Source: Entomortierella parvispora E1425 (lineage: Eukaryota; Fungi; Mortierellomycota). Taken from it: DNA of 64,000 nt. The notes below the pieces were generated by a model. It did not search any database. It saw only the letters and a list, made by a program, of their open reading frames with translations, and had not been told where the DNA came from. The stretch is from the NCBI GenBank assembly GCA_020891255.1, contig BQFW01000014.1, forward strand, positions 1,736,001-1,800,000, read 5' to 3'. The position numbers and the translations under genes were made by a program. Of this stretch, positions 1 to 12,406 are shown piece after piece; position 1 is the stretch's first letter, and every line of letters begins with the position of its first letter.

Positions 1-3000
1 GTTTGAATAATAAGGCCACCTTGAGAAAAGGGATGCTCCAAGCCATTGAAATTGACGCAGTTCTGGCAGACAAGCCGAACATCGTCGGCAAAGTCGTCTA
101 GTGTTGGGTATTTACTGGCGGTCAACTTTTCGCGAATTGTCCTGAAATCCATCGGTTTCTTGATCAAGTCTGGATAGTTTGGCAAATTCAAGGCCACATA
201 GTCCACCTGCGTAATGCGCAAACAAAGGATGGTCAGAATACATTACAACTTCTAGCCAAAAAAAAAAAAAAAAAAAAAACTCGACCAAAAATAAAATACA
301 CGTACCGGCTTCTGGAAGGGCGTAGCATGCTTGTGGGCCACAATCTTCTTTAAGATTTTGTCCATGAACTTTTCAAGATCTGCGCGGGAGGGTTCGACTG
401 CTTTGCCAGCCTTTGGCTTGGAACTCACTGAGGGTCGTCGAGCTCCACCTCCACTGGATGCTGCTGCATCGACAGACTTGGACTTGGAACTGGTCTCCTC
501 CACCTTTCCAGCTTTGCTCTTTGCCTTTGCTGGCGCCTCGTTGACGACCACACCGGACTTTGAGTGACTTCCTCGACCAAATGCTGCATCCCACTCTGTC
601 ACCATCAGTGCTTCGAGCGCGTCCGCTTGGTTCACTACGTATGTACCCCTGGGATTAAACTTGCGGCAGTTGAAGATAACCAGCTCAATGTCTGCTCGCA
701 CCTCCTGTGCATTATGGTATTCATCTCCCTTCAGCTTTTTGGTAATTGTACCAAGATCCATGGGGTGGGTGATGATCTTGGGGTACAGAGGGATTCCCTG
801 CCTCTCTGGATCGACGGGCTGCAAGAACTCGAATGCACAGGGAGCACTCATGAGCTTTTTCAAGACATCCTTACATTTTGAAACGTCCGATGACTTGAAT
901 TTTGCAGCCGGAACGTCAGCACCATTGTGTCCATGAGGCGCAGACTTCTCTTTGGTGGTATGAGCAATAACAGGTGAGGAGACTGGGCCCAAGGATACCA
1001 GAGGTGGAACGTGAGTACCAGCTGGCACGGGTTTTGATACTGAGGATTTCCGGGGTGCTGGCGGCAATGCTCCTGCATCCACCCTGGGCACAGATGACTT
1101 TGATGAGACCTGCGCGAGAGGGAGTGGGGCTGAGGATGAAGATATGCTTGCTTTCTTCGGTGTCTCCACAATGGTGATGTTCAGCTCAGGCACGGTGGCG
1201 CCAGCGCTGACCAAAATATCGGTCCACTCTTTCTCAAAAACCGTCTCCAACTCTTGGCCTTCGTTGTAAACATATGTGCCAATTTGGTTGAACTTGAAGC
1301 AGTTGTTGATCATGAGCCGCACATCCTCCTCAAACGACAGCAAGCTGCCATAATTTCCACCGTCAAGCTTGCTCTTGATGGTTCCGAGATCCATTGGATG
1401 CTTCACGATGTCAGGATACGTTGGGATATTTTCGGCGATGGGATCCACTGGCGAACGGAAATGAAGAGATGACTTATGGGCCACCATCTTCTTCCAAACT
1501 CTGCGACATTGTCGAACATGCTCCGGAGGCATAGTCTGTACTGCCTTCTTAGGTCGATCCTCGGATTGGACTTTAGGCAGTACCGGTGCGGCGACGCTTT
1601 TCTCAACCACTGGAGGAGGAAGCGAGACATCCTTAGGGACTGGAAGCGGCTTAGGCTTGATGTCCGTCTTCTTTGTGGGGGATTTCACGAATTTGAACTC
1701 TGATGGCGCCTTGGGTACAAGCTTGGGTGAGGTCAGGGGTTCCTCCTTAACCTGTGGTAGCGAAACAGGCAAAGGCTCCGCTTCCTTTGGAGGTGGCGCC
1801 AATGTAACTTTTCCTGCAAGGGCTATTTTTGATCAACAAAGATATATTAGTGGCGGCGACGTTAAAAAAAATCGATGAAATCCATAGACAACTTTCGTAC
1901 CTGGTTCATAAACTGGAACTGCAGCAGGAGCCTTCGCTTTTACAGCCTTTGGTGCTTTGGGTACATCTGGCTTTGTTTTTGGCGGCTTTGGAGTCACAGG
2001 AGGAGCAGGAGCGGTGACGATCGGGGGATGGATTACAGCTGGGGCCTGCACATGCTCACGCGACTGCTGCATCATGGGTGAAGATGCGACAGCGGCGAGA
2101 AGGGCTGGGGCCATAGCAGGAATTGGTACCGAATGCGTCACAATGTGCACGGGGTTGGGCATGGAACCAGCCAGAGAGATTGGCAACTGCGATGGCAAGC
2201 TTGAAGCAGGGGAGACCGGTGGATATGAGATAGTGGGCATCGCCAGCGGATAACTAACGGGTGCCATTGGTTCAGGGATCGACAATGGGACAGGGGCAGT
2301 ATCAACAGGTGGCTCCTCCATGACCGCGTCTGGCTTCTGTACAGGTTTGAAAGCAAGCTTTGGCAGAATTGACTCGCCTGGAGGGTAGAGAATGTCACAG
2401 AACAGCAGCAGGTACTTCAATATCCGGTGCTCAAGGTATGGTAGACTCGTCAAAATCCTCCACACCTCGGTGCGCAAGACCGCTTGATGGCCATAGAGCT
2501 TTCGAATCATATCAAGTCCTTGCAGCGTACTCGCGTCTGCGCGCTGACTGGCAAGGTCGTGTCCGCTTTGAATCCCGTCTTCTTCAAGAAGACTTTCCTG
2601 CAAATCACGATGGCTATCGAAATCATCGCGTGCCATGAGGACCCCCAGGAGTTCCGTCATGCCCTGTGCCAGATGGAATCGAACATAAGGAGATGGGTCC
2701 TGTTCGATGATGTTACAAAGATATTCCGATGCCTTGTAGTGATCCAAGGCGCCCAGCAGAAGCAATGAGTCGAGTGAAGTCAGACGGACATTCAGGAAGT
2801 TGCCAAATCTCGAGTGCATCATGAACGGCTTCAGATCGCGAGGAATGATTCCTGCCAACATCAACCGCATGGTCGCTTGAAGACAACCGACTGTAACCGT
2901 ATTATGGTACGTGGGAATTAGGTAGTCCAAAGTTCGGTATCGGTCAATTTCTCGGATAGCCTGGGCAAGGATCTCTGCACCTTCGGCCTCATCCATTTGC

Positions 3001-6000
3001 TCGAAATCATCCTCATCAGCTTCGTCGCCGTCCTGTTTTCGTGCAAGTGAATGATCTGGGATAAGAGCGTGTCCCAATGCTGAAATAAGAGTGCTCACGT
3101 AGTAGTTATCGGAGAACACGTTGCCCGTGTTGTCATTGAAGCGCAAAAGGTCCAAAAGGAACTGGCGGACCTTGATAGGACAGTGGCCTCTTTCGTCTCT
3201 GATGTTGGCCAACGCAACAGGAATAGCCTATAGCAAGGAGCGGAATTGAATGTAAGCGGCCCAGTTTTCAATGTATATCGCCTGTAACTTTAAAATAAGT
3301 CATCCTACCTTTTGAACATAGTACTCCGCCAGACTGCTAAAGTCGTTGGGCTTGGGCATGCATGGAATAGTACTGTTGGGATCCTGGAAAGTTGTGATAT
3401 GCATCGAGGGATAACAATATCGCTGTTGAAAGGTCTTGATAAGGTGTAACAAGCCGACCCACTCCGTTGCTGCCCCAGCGCACTTCGCTACCGCATAGGC
3501 TGCCTCCATGCGGACTCGGAAAAAGCAACGGGTATCCAACAGAGTCTTGAGCAGGGATGTTGAAGCGGCTGGCGATGGGAGAGATCCTAACGCCAGGATA
3601 GCTTCATACTGGGCGACAACATCACGATCCTTCTGCAATTGAGCTGCCCACATAAAATCTGGCTGCTCAAATCGCAATTCGCACAACCATTCGAATTCGG
3701 CATCCAATCGAATCCATTCGAATGTGGCGCTGATCGCACCAAGCTCATCGTCCTGACCCCACTCGACAACTTGCCACTCTTCTTTCTCCTTTTCGTCTTC
3801 CCAGAGTCCAGCTCCGAATCCTAAAGCCCCAAGTCCTTCTTCAACATCGCCTTCTTCTTCTGCTTCCCTTGCAGCAGCGGCTGCTGCTGCTTGTTTGGCT
3901 TGGAACCGCTTTGTGTTTCGTCGAATACGTTTGTACTTTGTGTTGAACTGAACCTCGAATCGCTTCCCAACATCTTGAATGTCGAGGACGTGCTCGTATG
4001 GTGTACCGTCGGCCTCATGAATACGGGCTGTCATAGTTCCTGTGAAAAGTGTTGGTGGATGTTCGCCATTCGCCGCGTTCCGGGATCGGTCATTGATGTG
4101 TCCGTTAGTTGACGACTGGCGCATATTGATTTCGACCACCATCTTTTTGCGGTTAAAGTGGTACGAAAAGAAAAAGATGGGGCAGCCACTGTTATAAATC
4201 CACTGGTCCGAGAAGCCCTTTGTTTCCAATCCGCTCACTTTCCGACAAGTTTTCAAGAACCAGTGGGTTCCAATCGCATTATGAGCAAGCTCCCCGCTCA
4301 TCACCGAGACAAGGATCTTGGGAATGACACGAGATAGACCAAGAGAGGAACCACCCTTGGACATTCGCTTGTCCAGCATGTGTAAGACAAGAGGCGCCTT
4401 TAGTCCAATGAACTCCAGGTCGTCCAAGTCAATCGGATACGCAATATTCGGGTTGTAAAGCGGAGGGCGATCCCTGTCAATGGAGCAACATCGCTCAACG
4501 TCCTTTTTCATCCTGAATCGATACTCGTTTGTGCCAAACATTTTCTTTAGGAACAGAGACGAGACGTAGTTGGTCAGTCCCACGATAATCCAGATGTCTG
4601 GCCATGACTTTGGGACGATATGAATTCCAAACCACTGCTGCGCCAAGGATTGTGTGAGCAGCTTCCTGGACTCATACACCTGGTCGATTACATCCTCTGG
4701 ATGAAGCAGCGATGTACTGCACACCGCCATCGTCGCCGAGGTGAACGTTGGAGCCCAAGAGTCCTCCACGAATACCATCTTGTATGATGAGAATGGATAG
4801 GATCCGATTTCGTGCATGAAAAACTCCATCGCTTTCACCATGAAAGCACACGTATGTCGTAGCTCGGCAAGGCGTCGTGGGGGACAAAATGCAAACATAT
4901 CTGGGATTTCTCCTCGGAGATGTGCAGGCGTCTTTGCTGGCTTCTCATTTTCCTCATCGTCATCGTCTCCAGCGTCGTCGTCCTCTCCGTCGCCATGTCC
5001 CTGCATGGTGTAATCCTGAAGACTCAGTTTTATCACCTCGAATACTCCTGCCACGAAAGAAATGGATGCCGCTGGCGTTGGTACTTGGATGCTGTAATGA
5101 AACACGCTCTTTCCTGGTATGGACTGGTGTGTGGTTTGTTGAATGAGGTCTCCACTGCAGATAACCTGCACTTTCTCGTCGTCATCGTAATCATCCGCCG
5201 TCCAATCCTCGTCATCTGGATCATACTCCTCGTCCGGTGCGTAAGATGGCACAATGAAGTCGATATCCCAAGTACACCGCTCAGCCAATCGATCCAGACA
5301 GGGAAGCCACAGTCGCGTCGCTCCGGGTAGAGGCTGATTGATAGTATATACAGTGTGCGCTCTCTAGAGTCCAGGATGTTTTTAAATAAAATAAAATGCT
5401 GTGAGTGGCATGTTCCTGGTTTTGCTCCAATGCTCCACTGTTCCATTGTTCCATTGTTCCACCAGGGATCGTAATTTACATTTGGGGCATTAACGGGGTC
5501 TGGTCCTGCGAAAAATACACCAGCTGTCGGCCCTTCCAGTTTGAACTCGATTCGAACAGTCAGGGTTGCAAATGTCACTCCACTAGCCAGTACTGGGGCG
5601 GCGGCAGGCGTTTGCGGCGTCGAAGGCTCAGGTGTCGACACATCTAAAGATACAAAAAATACGTGAGAAAAACTATACATATTTAGATGCAATGAGAGAC
5701 ACACTGAACACTGACTTACCTCTGGAGGTATCCACGACATTTGAAGCCCTGTTGATAGTTTCCTCATCGAGCTATTGGAGATAAATTGTGAGATTCTATG
5801 ACTTCCGTGAGCAACGTTCGGATAAATCAGAGACATACCATGCTTGGCACAACCAGCCCTTTAGGAACCATGACAGCTAGCTCTCCCTCGTCATCTTCGG
5901 CCGTTGCCATAGACCATCGTTGCTTTAGGTCAGGGTGATTATTTACGGTGCCCTCCTTCAGCAACGCCAATGAATCCTTGATCGAGTCCTGATATGTGAA

Positions 6001-6485
6001 GTTGCATGCGACTGAGTTGATCGACACAGAGGTCACGACTAGCAGGTTGAAGAGAGAGGTATTCCTGATCAGTAGAGTTCTCGAGTTCGCATAAGATCCT
6101 CCTGTCAGAGGGCTTACCACTTTGACGGCAATTAATGTAAATAGTCGAAAGGTCCTCGATCAACGGCAGGATGTACAGTTCAGTCGTGCCCTATTAAACC
6201 ATTTACGACGAATGTTAGTTTCTTTACAATATTGGGGAATTCTGACCGCTACTGCCGTGTTTTCAATCAGGGGGCATGTCTAGGCCTTCTTACCAGAAGG
6301 GTCTCGTTACAGAAGTCCACATCGATGACCGCCTTTTGGTGACTTGTGGAGACGCGCAGCAGAAAAGAAAAGATCATGTTAGTCCAGGACCACTCATGTA
6401 CAATACATTCTTTTGTTCCAGTTTGCATGCACAGCGATTAGACTTATAATGTATATGGCTTGCGGTTCGTTTCGCTCTTTTGCAT
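1..6485 (-). CDS. TAF2: TFIID subunit 2 (M1 aminopeptidase-like fold) with three C-terminal bromodomains; multi-exon, 3' end beyond window start
   Basis: Spliced translation gives the TAF2 motifs SHQKAVIDVDF, NCRQ, LWLPCLD..ERCTW, LAQQWFG, KAPLVLHMLDKRM, EWIRLDAEFEW and FLLDLLRFNDN. In-frame GT-AG joins link the ORFs 3300-5288, 1833-3212 and 252-1802. Bromodomain motifs (YP..I..PMD, NC..FN) occur three times. Confidence 0.93.
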
Positions 6486-7154
6486 GATGGATGCTGGTTT
6501 GTCGTTAAGTTTGTCGGCTGTGAAAGCTTTAATGTGATTGAATGAAAAGATGCCGGTCCCTGGCTCTGGTCTCCTCTTAAGCGAGCTCCTTCAGAAGAAA
6601 GGGTTCAACAAGAGATGACTGAGGCGCTCCTGGACGTCGATTAGTGGTAGCGAAGCGACACTGGCGTACTATCTCTCGACGATAGCAGTTCCTGTCGAGA
6701 AAGGGACACGCGTAGGGAGACTAGGAAGAAGTTGGATTGATTGATGACCCGAGCCGTAGGATAAATGAACGACTGGCGGGCTAGATTAAGGATGGCTGTG
6801 CAGGGTAGAAAGAAGTAAGGATGGAGCGCAAGAGTGGGAGGGTGATGAGGACAGGGCGCAAGGTAGAGAGGGAGGCCGAATGCAAGATGCAAAGAGAATT
6901 GAATGCAGACAGGACGATGGAGGCAGGAGAATCAACGCCCCTCTTTTATACCTCGGTGGCTTGGCTCAACAACAAGCATTGTTCATTCAGCTCTTTTTTT
7001 TTCTTTTCCTCTTGCCCATTGCATTCATCTCCCTCATTCTCTTTGTTCTCTCTCGACTACACCACAGGCACGCTACGGATACAACTCCATCCACACTTAT
7101 ATTCATACAGGACCATCAGGACGCCACCCCCCCCCCACAGACACAGATTTAGAA

Positions 7155-8063
7155 ATGGCATCAACATTGTCAGAAGAATCACGCGACAGTCTACAGATCG
7201 TCCTTCCAGGAGACTTGCTTCCTGCAACAGAGTCCAGCTTCAATGAAGACTCTGCCTCTGCTCCTATTATCAAATTGGGTCCTGGACTCCAGCCCCTACA
7301 GGATGACACCATTTCAGCAGTCAAGGCTGGTGTATTAAAGCATGCCGAGGTTGGAAACCGCTGGTGGGTTGAAAGCAATCAGAGGAGGGTAAGGCTCTTT
7401 TTTCATGGTTTCCTGTGCCTGCAGCTGGACCTTGCCCGTCTTGACACTAACGTTTTCCTCTGTGCTTTAGTATGTGGCCGCTCCAGGAGAGTCCGTTATC
7501 GGCGTTGTTGTCGGAAAGACGGTAGAGCATTACAAGGTTGATATTGGAGCTGCACAAACAGCCCTCCTGGGAGTTCTTGCCTTTGAGGGTGCCTCCAAGC
7601 GCAATAAGCCCAACCATGAGGTATGTAATTTGGTGTCAGGCGTATGATTTTTTCGCTACGACCCGTCCGATACTAATCACTCCCTTGACCTGATCTCCAT
7701 ATATAGATTGGCACACTTTTGTACTGCCGAATCTCGCTCGCCAACAAGGACATGGAGGCCGAGCTTGAGTGCATGAACCCAACTACAGGAAAGTCAGACG
7801 GTTATGGTGATCTCAAGGGAGGATTTGTCTTCAAGACGTCTCTAGGCCTTGCACGCCGGCTACTGGACCCCAAAACCTTGATTCTCAGGATTCTTGGTCA
7901 ACACATCCCTTTTGAGACAGCAGTGGGCATGAACGGCAAGGTCTGGATCAACTCTGCGAACGCAAAGCACACTATTCTCATTTGCAATGCCATCAAGAAC
8001 TCTGAATTTTTGAGCCAAGAGGAATGCGTAACGATGGTCAAAGGCCTTGTCGACAGACTTTAA
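7155..8063 (+). CDS. RRP40: Exosome complex component Rrp40 (2 introns)
   Basis: VLPGD, KLGPGL, WWVESNQRR|YVAAPGESVIG, LAFEGASKRNKP and FETAVGMNGKVWI are present; canonical GT-AG introns keep the frame. Confidence 0.95.
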
Positions 8064-8476
8064 ACTACAAGGGTACAGACATTTCAATAAACACTTTTTG
8101 CATTGACAGCAAATAATGTTGCACAGACTCAGTCTGTCAACAGTCGACAATGGTGACTCGTTGAAATCGCAAACACAGCCCAAATCAAGGAAGCGTGCTT
8201 GCAGCGGCAATTCGCGCATACCCAGTAATCAATTGAAGGTCAATTCGCGCATAAGTCTGTAATCAATTGACAGTCTCTTAACTCGCTCTGTTTCACCAAG
8301 AACCAGGGACAGGTGGAAGAATTTTTTTATTACAGATGGTCTATCGACAGCACGTAGATCCTGTGCTCTGACGAAGTCTAGTGTCAGTTATTGCAACAGG
8401 CGACTGTCCATGTTATTGATGAATTGATGCAAAGAACAGTTGGAGAGGAAGAGCAAGAAGGCTTGCTAAAAAGCAT

Positions 8477-9210
8477 TTAGCAAGTCTCCTTGAGGTAGGC
8501 AATAACATCGTTGCGCTCCTTGGGCTTCTTGAAGCCGGCGAAGGCCATCTTGGTGCCGGGAATGTATTTCTATAGGACAACAATGAGGCAATAAGAGTTA
8601 GGACACACCGCATCGGAACCAAGAATAAAAGTGACGTCAAAGCGATTTCATGCATGTGTTTAACAACAGCAACGACGACAACAATAGAAAATTGATTTTT
8701 GGAGCCTTACCTTGGGGTTCTCCAAGTAGTCGAAGAGGGTCTGATCGGACCAGATAACTCCCTTGTTCTTGTTGGCCTCAGTGTAAGAGAAACCAGCGGC
8801 CTTGCCAGAAGCACGGCCCATCAAACCGTGAAGGTTGGGTCCGACCTTGTTGGCACCACCCTATTGTTTTCAATCAAAAGACAGAATCATCATGGTGAGC
8901 GGAGCAATTCGGGAAGAAGCGGGTGATCGATAAAGAATCCAAAGGCAAGCAGCCTTACCTGCTCGACAGTGTGGCACTGGGCACAGCGGGTCTTGAAGAG
9001 CTTAGCTCCTAAAAAACGATTTCACAAAAGGAAGGGAAGAGATGAGTACAGTTGAACTTGAAAAGATCTGATCTCCGAGGAGTGGAGAGATGCTCCAATT
9101 CGCGCGATTCCTCTGCTGATTGCAGGAAGCAATGAACAGAAGAGGGTAGACTTTGCGAGAAAAGACTTGTGCGTTCCGTTCTTACCGTTGACGGCATCTC
9201 CGGCTTCCAT
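8477..9210 (-). CDS. CYC1: Cytochrome c (3 introns)
   Basis: Spliced product is [37 protein letters not shown]...[19 protein letters not shown]...ETC, with the CxxCH heme motif and axial Met. Confidence 0.97.
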
Positions 9211-9924
9211 TGTGAATGTATGTGTTGTGGGTGGGGTGAGTGAGGGGAAAGGATGAAGAGAACGGAAAAGTAGCGAAGTCGGTCTTTTGCTTCTTCCGAA
9301 AGTCGCAGCTAAGCCACCCGAAAGTCTATCTTCAGTTTCCCTGTGTTTCCCAAAAGGAACCTCCGAGAATCACCAAAACTCCGCCCAGGATGATGCACAC
9401 GGCGGCTAGCTCAGGGGGGCCGGGCCACGTTCCGTACAGCTGTAAGCTGTGATCACCTACAGAATTGCTGTCGATAGGGGGTAAAAGAAGGTGGTCCTGA
9501 TTTTTAGCAACCGTTGGTGCGCTGCGATCATTGTTTGTGCAGGACCTTGCATGGTGGGTACACCGATCCACCCCAAGTGACGTTCTGTCAGGTTTCATTC
9601 GCGCTGTCTATCTGGGAAGGGGCCCGCAGCTCCTGCGATAATTAAACTTGCCGTCACGTGTGGGAAAACAAAAAAAAACACATCAAACGCGTCGAGAACA
9701 GTCACGCCCTTTTTTTTTTTTTTTTTTTTTTTTTGGGCCCCTCTTTAGCCTCCTTCGAGTCAAACTCAAGTCTTTCCCTCTCTTTTGGAGGGTTGTTTTT
9801 TTTCTCACTTTTTGCCAGTCATCCCCATATCCGTTTGCCTGGTAACCAGCCTCTCTTCTTGCTCCTTCTCTTTCCCCACTACTCTCTGTCTCTCTCGCTC
9901 TCGCTCTCTCTACATTCATACAAC

Positions 9925-11751
9925 ATGGTCAAGAAGTACGTTCTCGTCTCCGGAGGTGTCATCTCGGGCATCGGCAAGGGCATCATTGCCTCTTCCACTG
10001 GACTCTTGCTCAAGACCATGGGTCTCAAGGTCACCTCGATCAAGATTGACCCCTACCTCAACATTGACGCTGGAACCCTTTCGCCTCTTGATCACGGTAC
10101 ATTACTTCATGCATGGCATTCTTGAAAGAAGGGTAAAAAAAAGGTTGATATAGACAGTCCTTTGTTGCTGACGACTTTTTTCTATCAAATACCAATTCTT
10201 TCTACAGGTGAGGTTTTCGTCTTGAACGATGGCGGAGAGGTCGATCTCGATCTTGGAAACTACGAGCGTTACTTGGACGTCACCTTGACTCGCTCCAACA
10301 ACATCACCACCGGCAAGATCTACAGGGACGTTATTGAGCGTGAGCGCAAGGGAGACTACCTCGGCAAGACTGTCCAGGTTGTTCCCCACATCACGGATGC
10401 TATTCAGGACTGGGTTGAGCGTGTTGCCACCATCCCCGTCGATGACTCTGGTGAGGAGCCCGATGTCTGCATCATTGAGCTTGGAGGTACCGTTGGTGAT
10501 ATCGAGTCTGCTCCTTTCGTTGAGGCCATGCGTCAGTTCCAGTTCCGCGTTGGTCACGAGAACTTTGCTTTGATCCACGTCTCCTTGGTTCCCACCATTG
10601 GATCCGTTGGAGAGCAAAAGACCAAGCCCACCCAGGCTTCTATCCGTGATCTCCGTGGTTTGGGCCTCACTCCCGATCTTATTGCTTGCCGTTGTGAAAA
10701 GACTGGATTGGATGAAGGTATCCAGGCCAAGATCTCCATGTTCTGCCACGTTCAGCCCAACCAGGTTCTTGCCGTCCGCGACTGCAACTCTGTTTACCAC
10801 GTCCCTGAGCTCTTGAAGGACCAGGGCCTCGTTGATTTCTTGTGGAAGCGCTTGAACATTGACCAGACCATCACCATCTCGGCACCATTGAAGCAGAAGG
10901 GATCTGACATGTGGAAGAAGTGGAACCAGTTGACCTCTGCTCAGGAACGTCTTCACGACACTGTTACTATTGTCTTGGTCGGAAAGTACACCAACCTCCA
11001 GGACTCTTATGCCTCCGTCGTCAAGGCCTTGGAGCACGCCAGTTTGAACTGCCGCAAGAAGTTGATCATGAAGTGGGTTGAGGCCTCTGACCTTGAGCCC
11101 GAGACTCGTTCTGCCAACCCCGTCAAGTACCACGAGGCATGGCAGGATCTTTGCTCTGCCCAGGGTATCCTTGTCCCCGGTGGATTCGGTAACCGTGGTG
11201 TTGAGGGCAAGATTGCTGCCGCCAAGTGGGCTCGCGAGCAGAAGGTTCCTTACCTCGGTATCTGCTTGGGTCTCCAAATTGCCGTTATTGAGTTTGCTCG
11301 TAACGTCTGCGGCATGCCCGAGGCCAACTCGATCGAGTTGGACGAGAACACGACTACCCCCGTTGTCGTTTACATGCCCGAGATCAGCAAGACCCATCTC
11401 GGAGGCACCATGCGCCTCGGCGCCCGTCCTACAGAGTTCCAGGCCGGCACTGAAAACTCGACCATCCGCAAGTTGTACGGAGGCGGATCGACCGTTTTGG
11501 AGCGTCATCGTCATCGCTATGAGATTAACCCTGAGCTCATTGAGAAGTTCGAGGCCAAGGGTCTCAAGTTTGTTGGCAAGGACGAGACTGGTGAGCGTAT
11601 GGAGATTGTCGAGTTGGCGGATCACCCTTACTTTTTGGGTGTCCAGTACCACCCCGAGTACTTGACCCGCCCCTTGAAGCCCTCTGCCCCCTTCATGGGT
11701 CTCATCCTCGCTGCCACTGGCGATCTCAAGAGCCACCTCGCGACTTTGTAA
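9925..11751 (+). CDS. URA7: CTP synthase (1 intron)
   Basis: [31 protein letters not shown]|[21 protein letters not shown], and the glutaminase motifs GICLG and YHPE. Confidence 0.98.
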
Positions 11752-12406
11752 ATGCAGTCTTGGGCAATCCGGTTATTTCTTCCTTTCAGTCGTTCATTTT
11801 CTCTTTTTTTTCCAAAGGTCGTTTCCAACTTGTACATTACTCTTCGTTTTTTCTTTCTTTCATACACAACTACACCCATATCACACCTCCATCATCATAT
11901 CCAGCATCCAGGGCACAAAGAGACCGAGCCTACAACCTACGGGAAAACAGCAATTGCAGATCACCGTAGATTTTTGGGCAACGCAGAGAGTCCCGTCGTA
12001 AAACAATAAAAAAAACCCCAAAAAACAATAATGCTCACCACTTGTGCCCTTGAGCCACTCTTGTGCAAGGTTGAAGATTTCCCTTTTTTGTCCTCTAGCT
12101 TGTTTCTCCCTTTTCTTTCCCACCAATCCACCTCCACCTCCAGGACAATACGAACAAACACATACACACACGTCCGCAAGAAAGAACCCGCAGGAACGAA
12201 AGGAAAGAAGGACCCCTCGACTTCGCCTCCTTCTCTTTCTCCTTTCTCTTCACTTCACTCCTCTCCACTCCAATCCACTCTACTTTCTTCACCCACAGAC
12301 GTACACGCAACGCAGTCAGTTAGTCAGTCAGACAAGACAAGACAGTCCAAGGCAACCTAGTCCGTCCGTCCGTCCGTCTAACCTGGCCATCCCTTTAAGT
12401 AATCCC

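Noticed and set aside
10102-11736. 544-aa antisense ORF
   Set aside because: It is the mirror frame of strongly codon-biased CTP synthase and has no independent motif.
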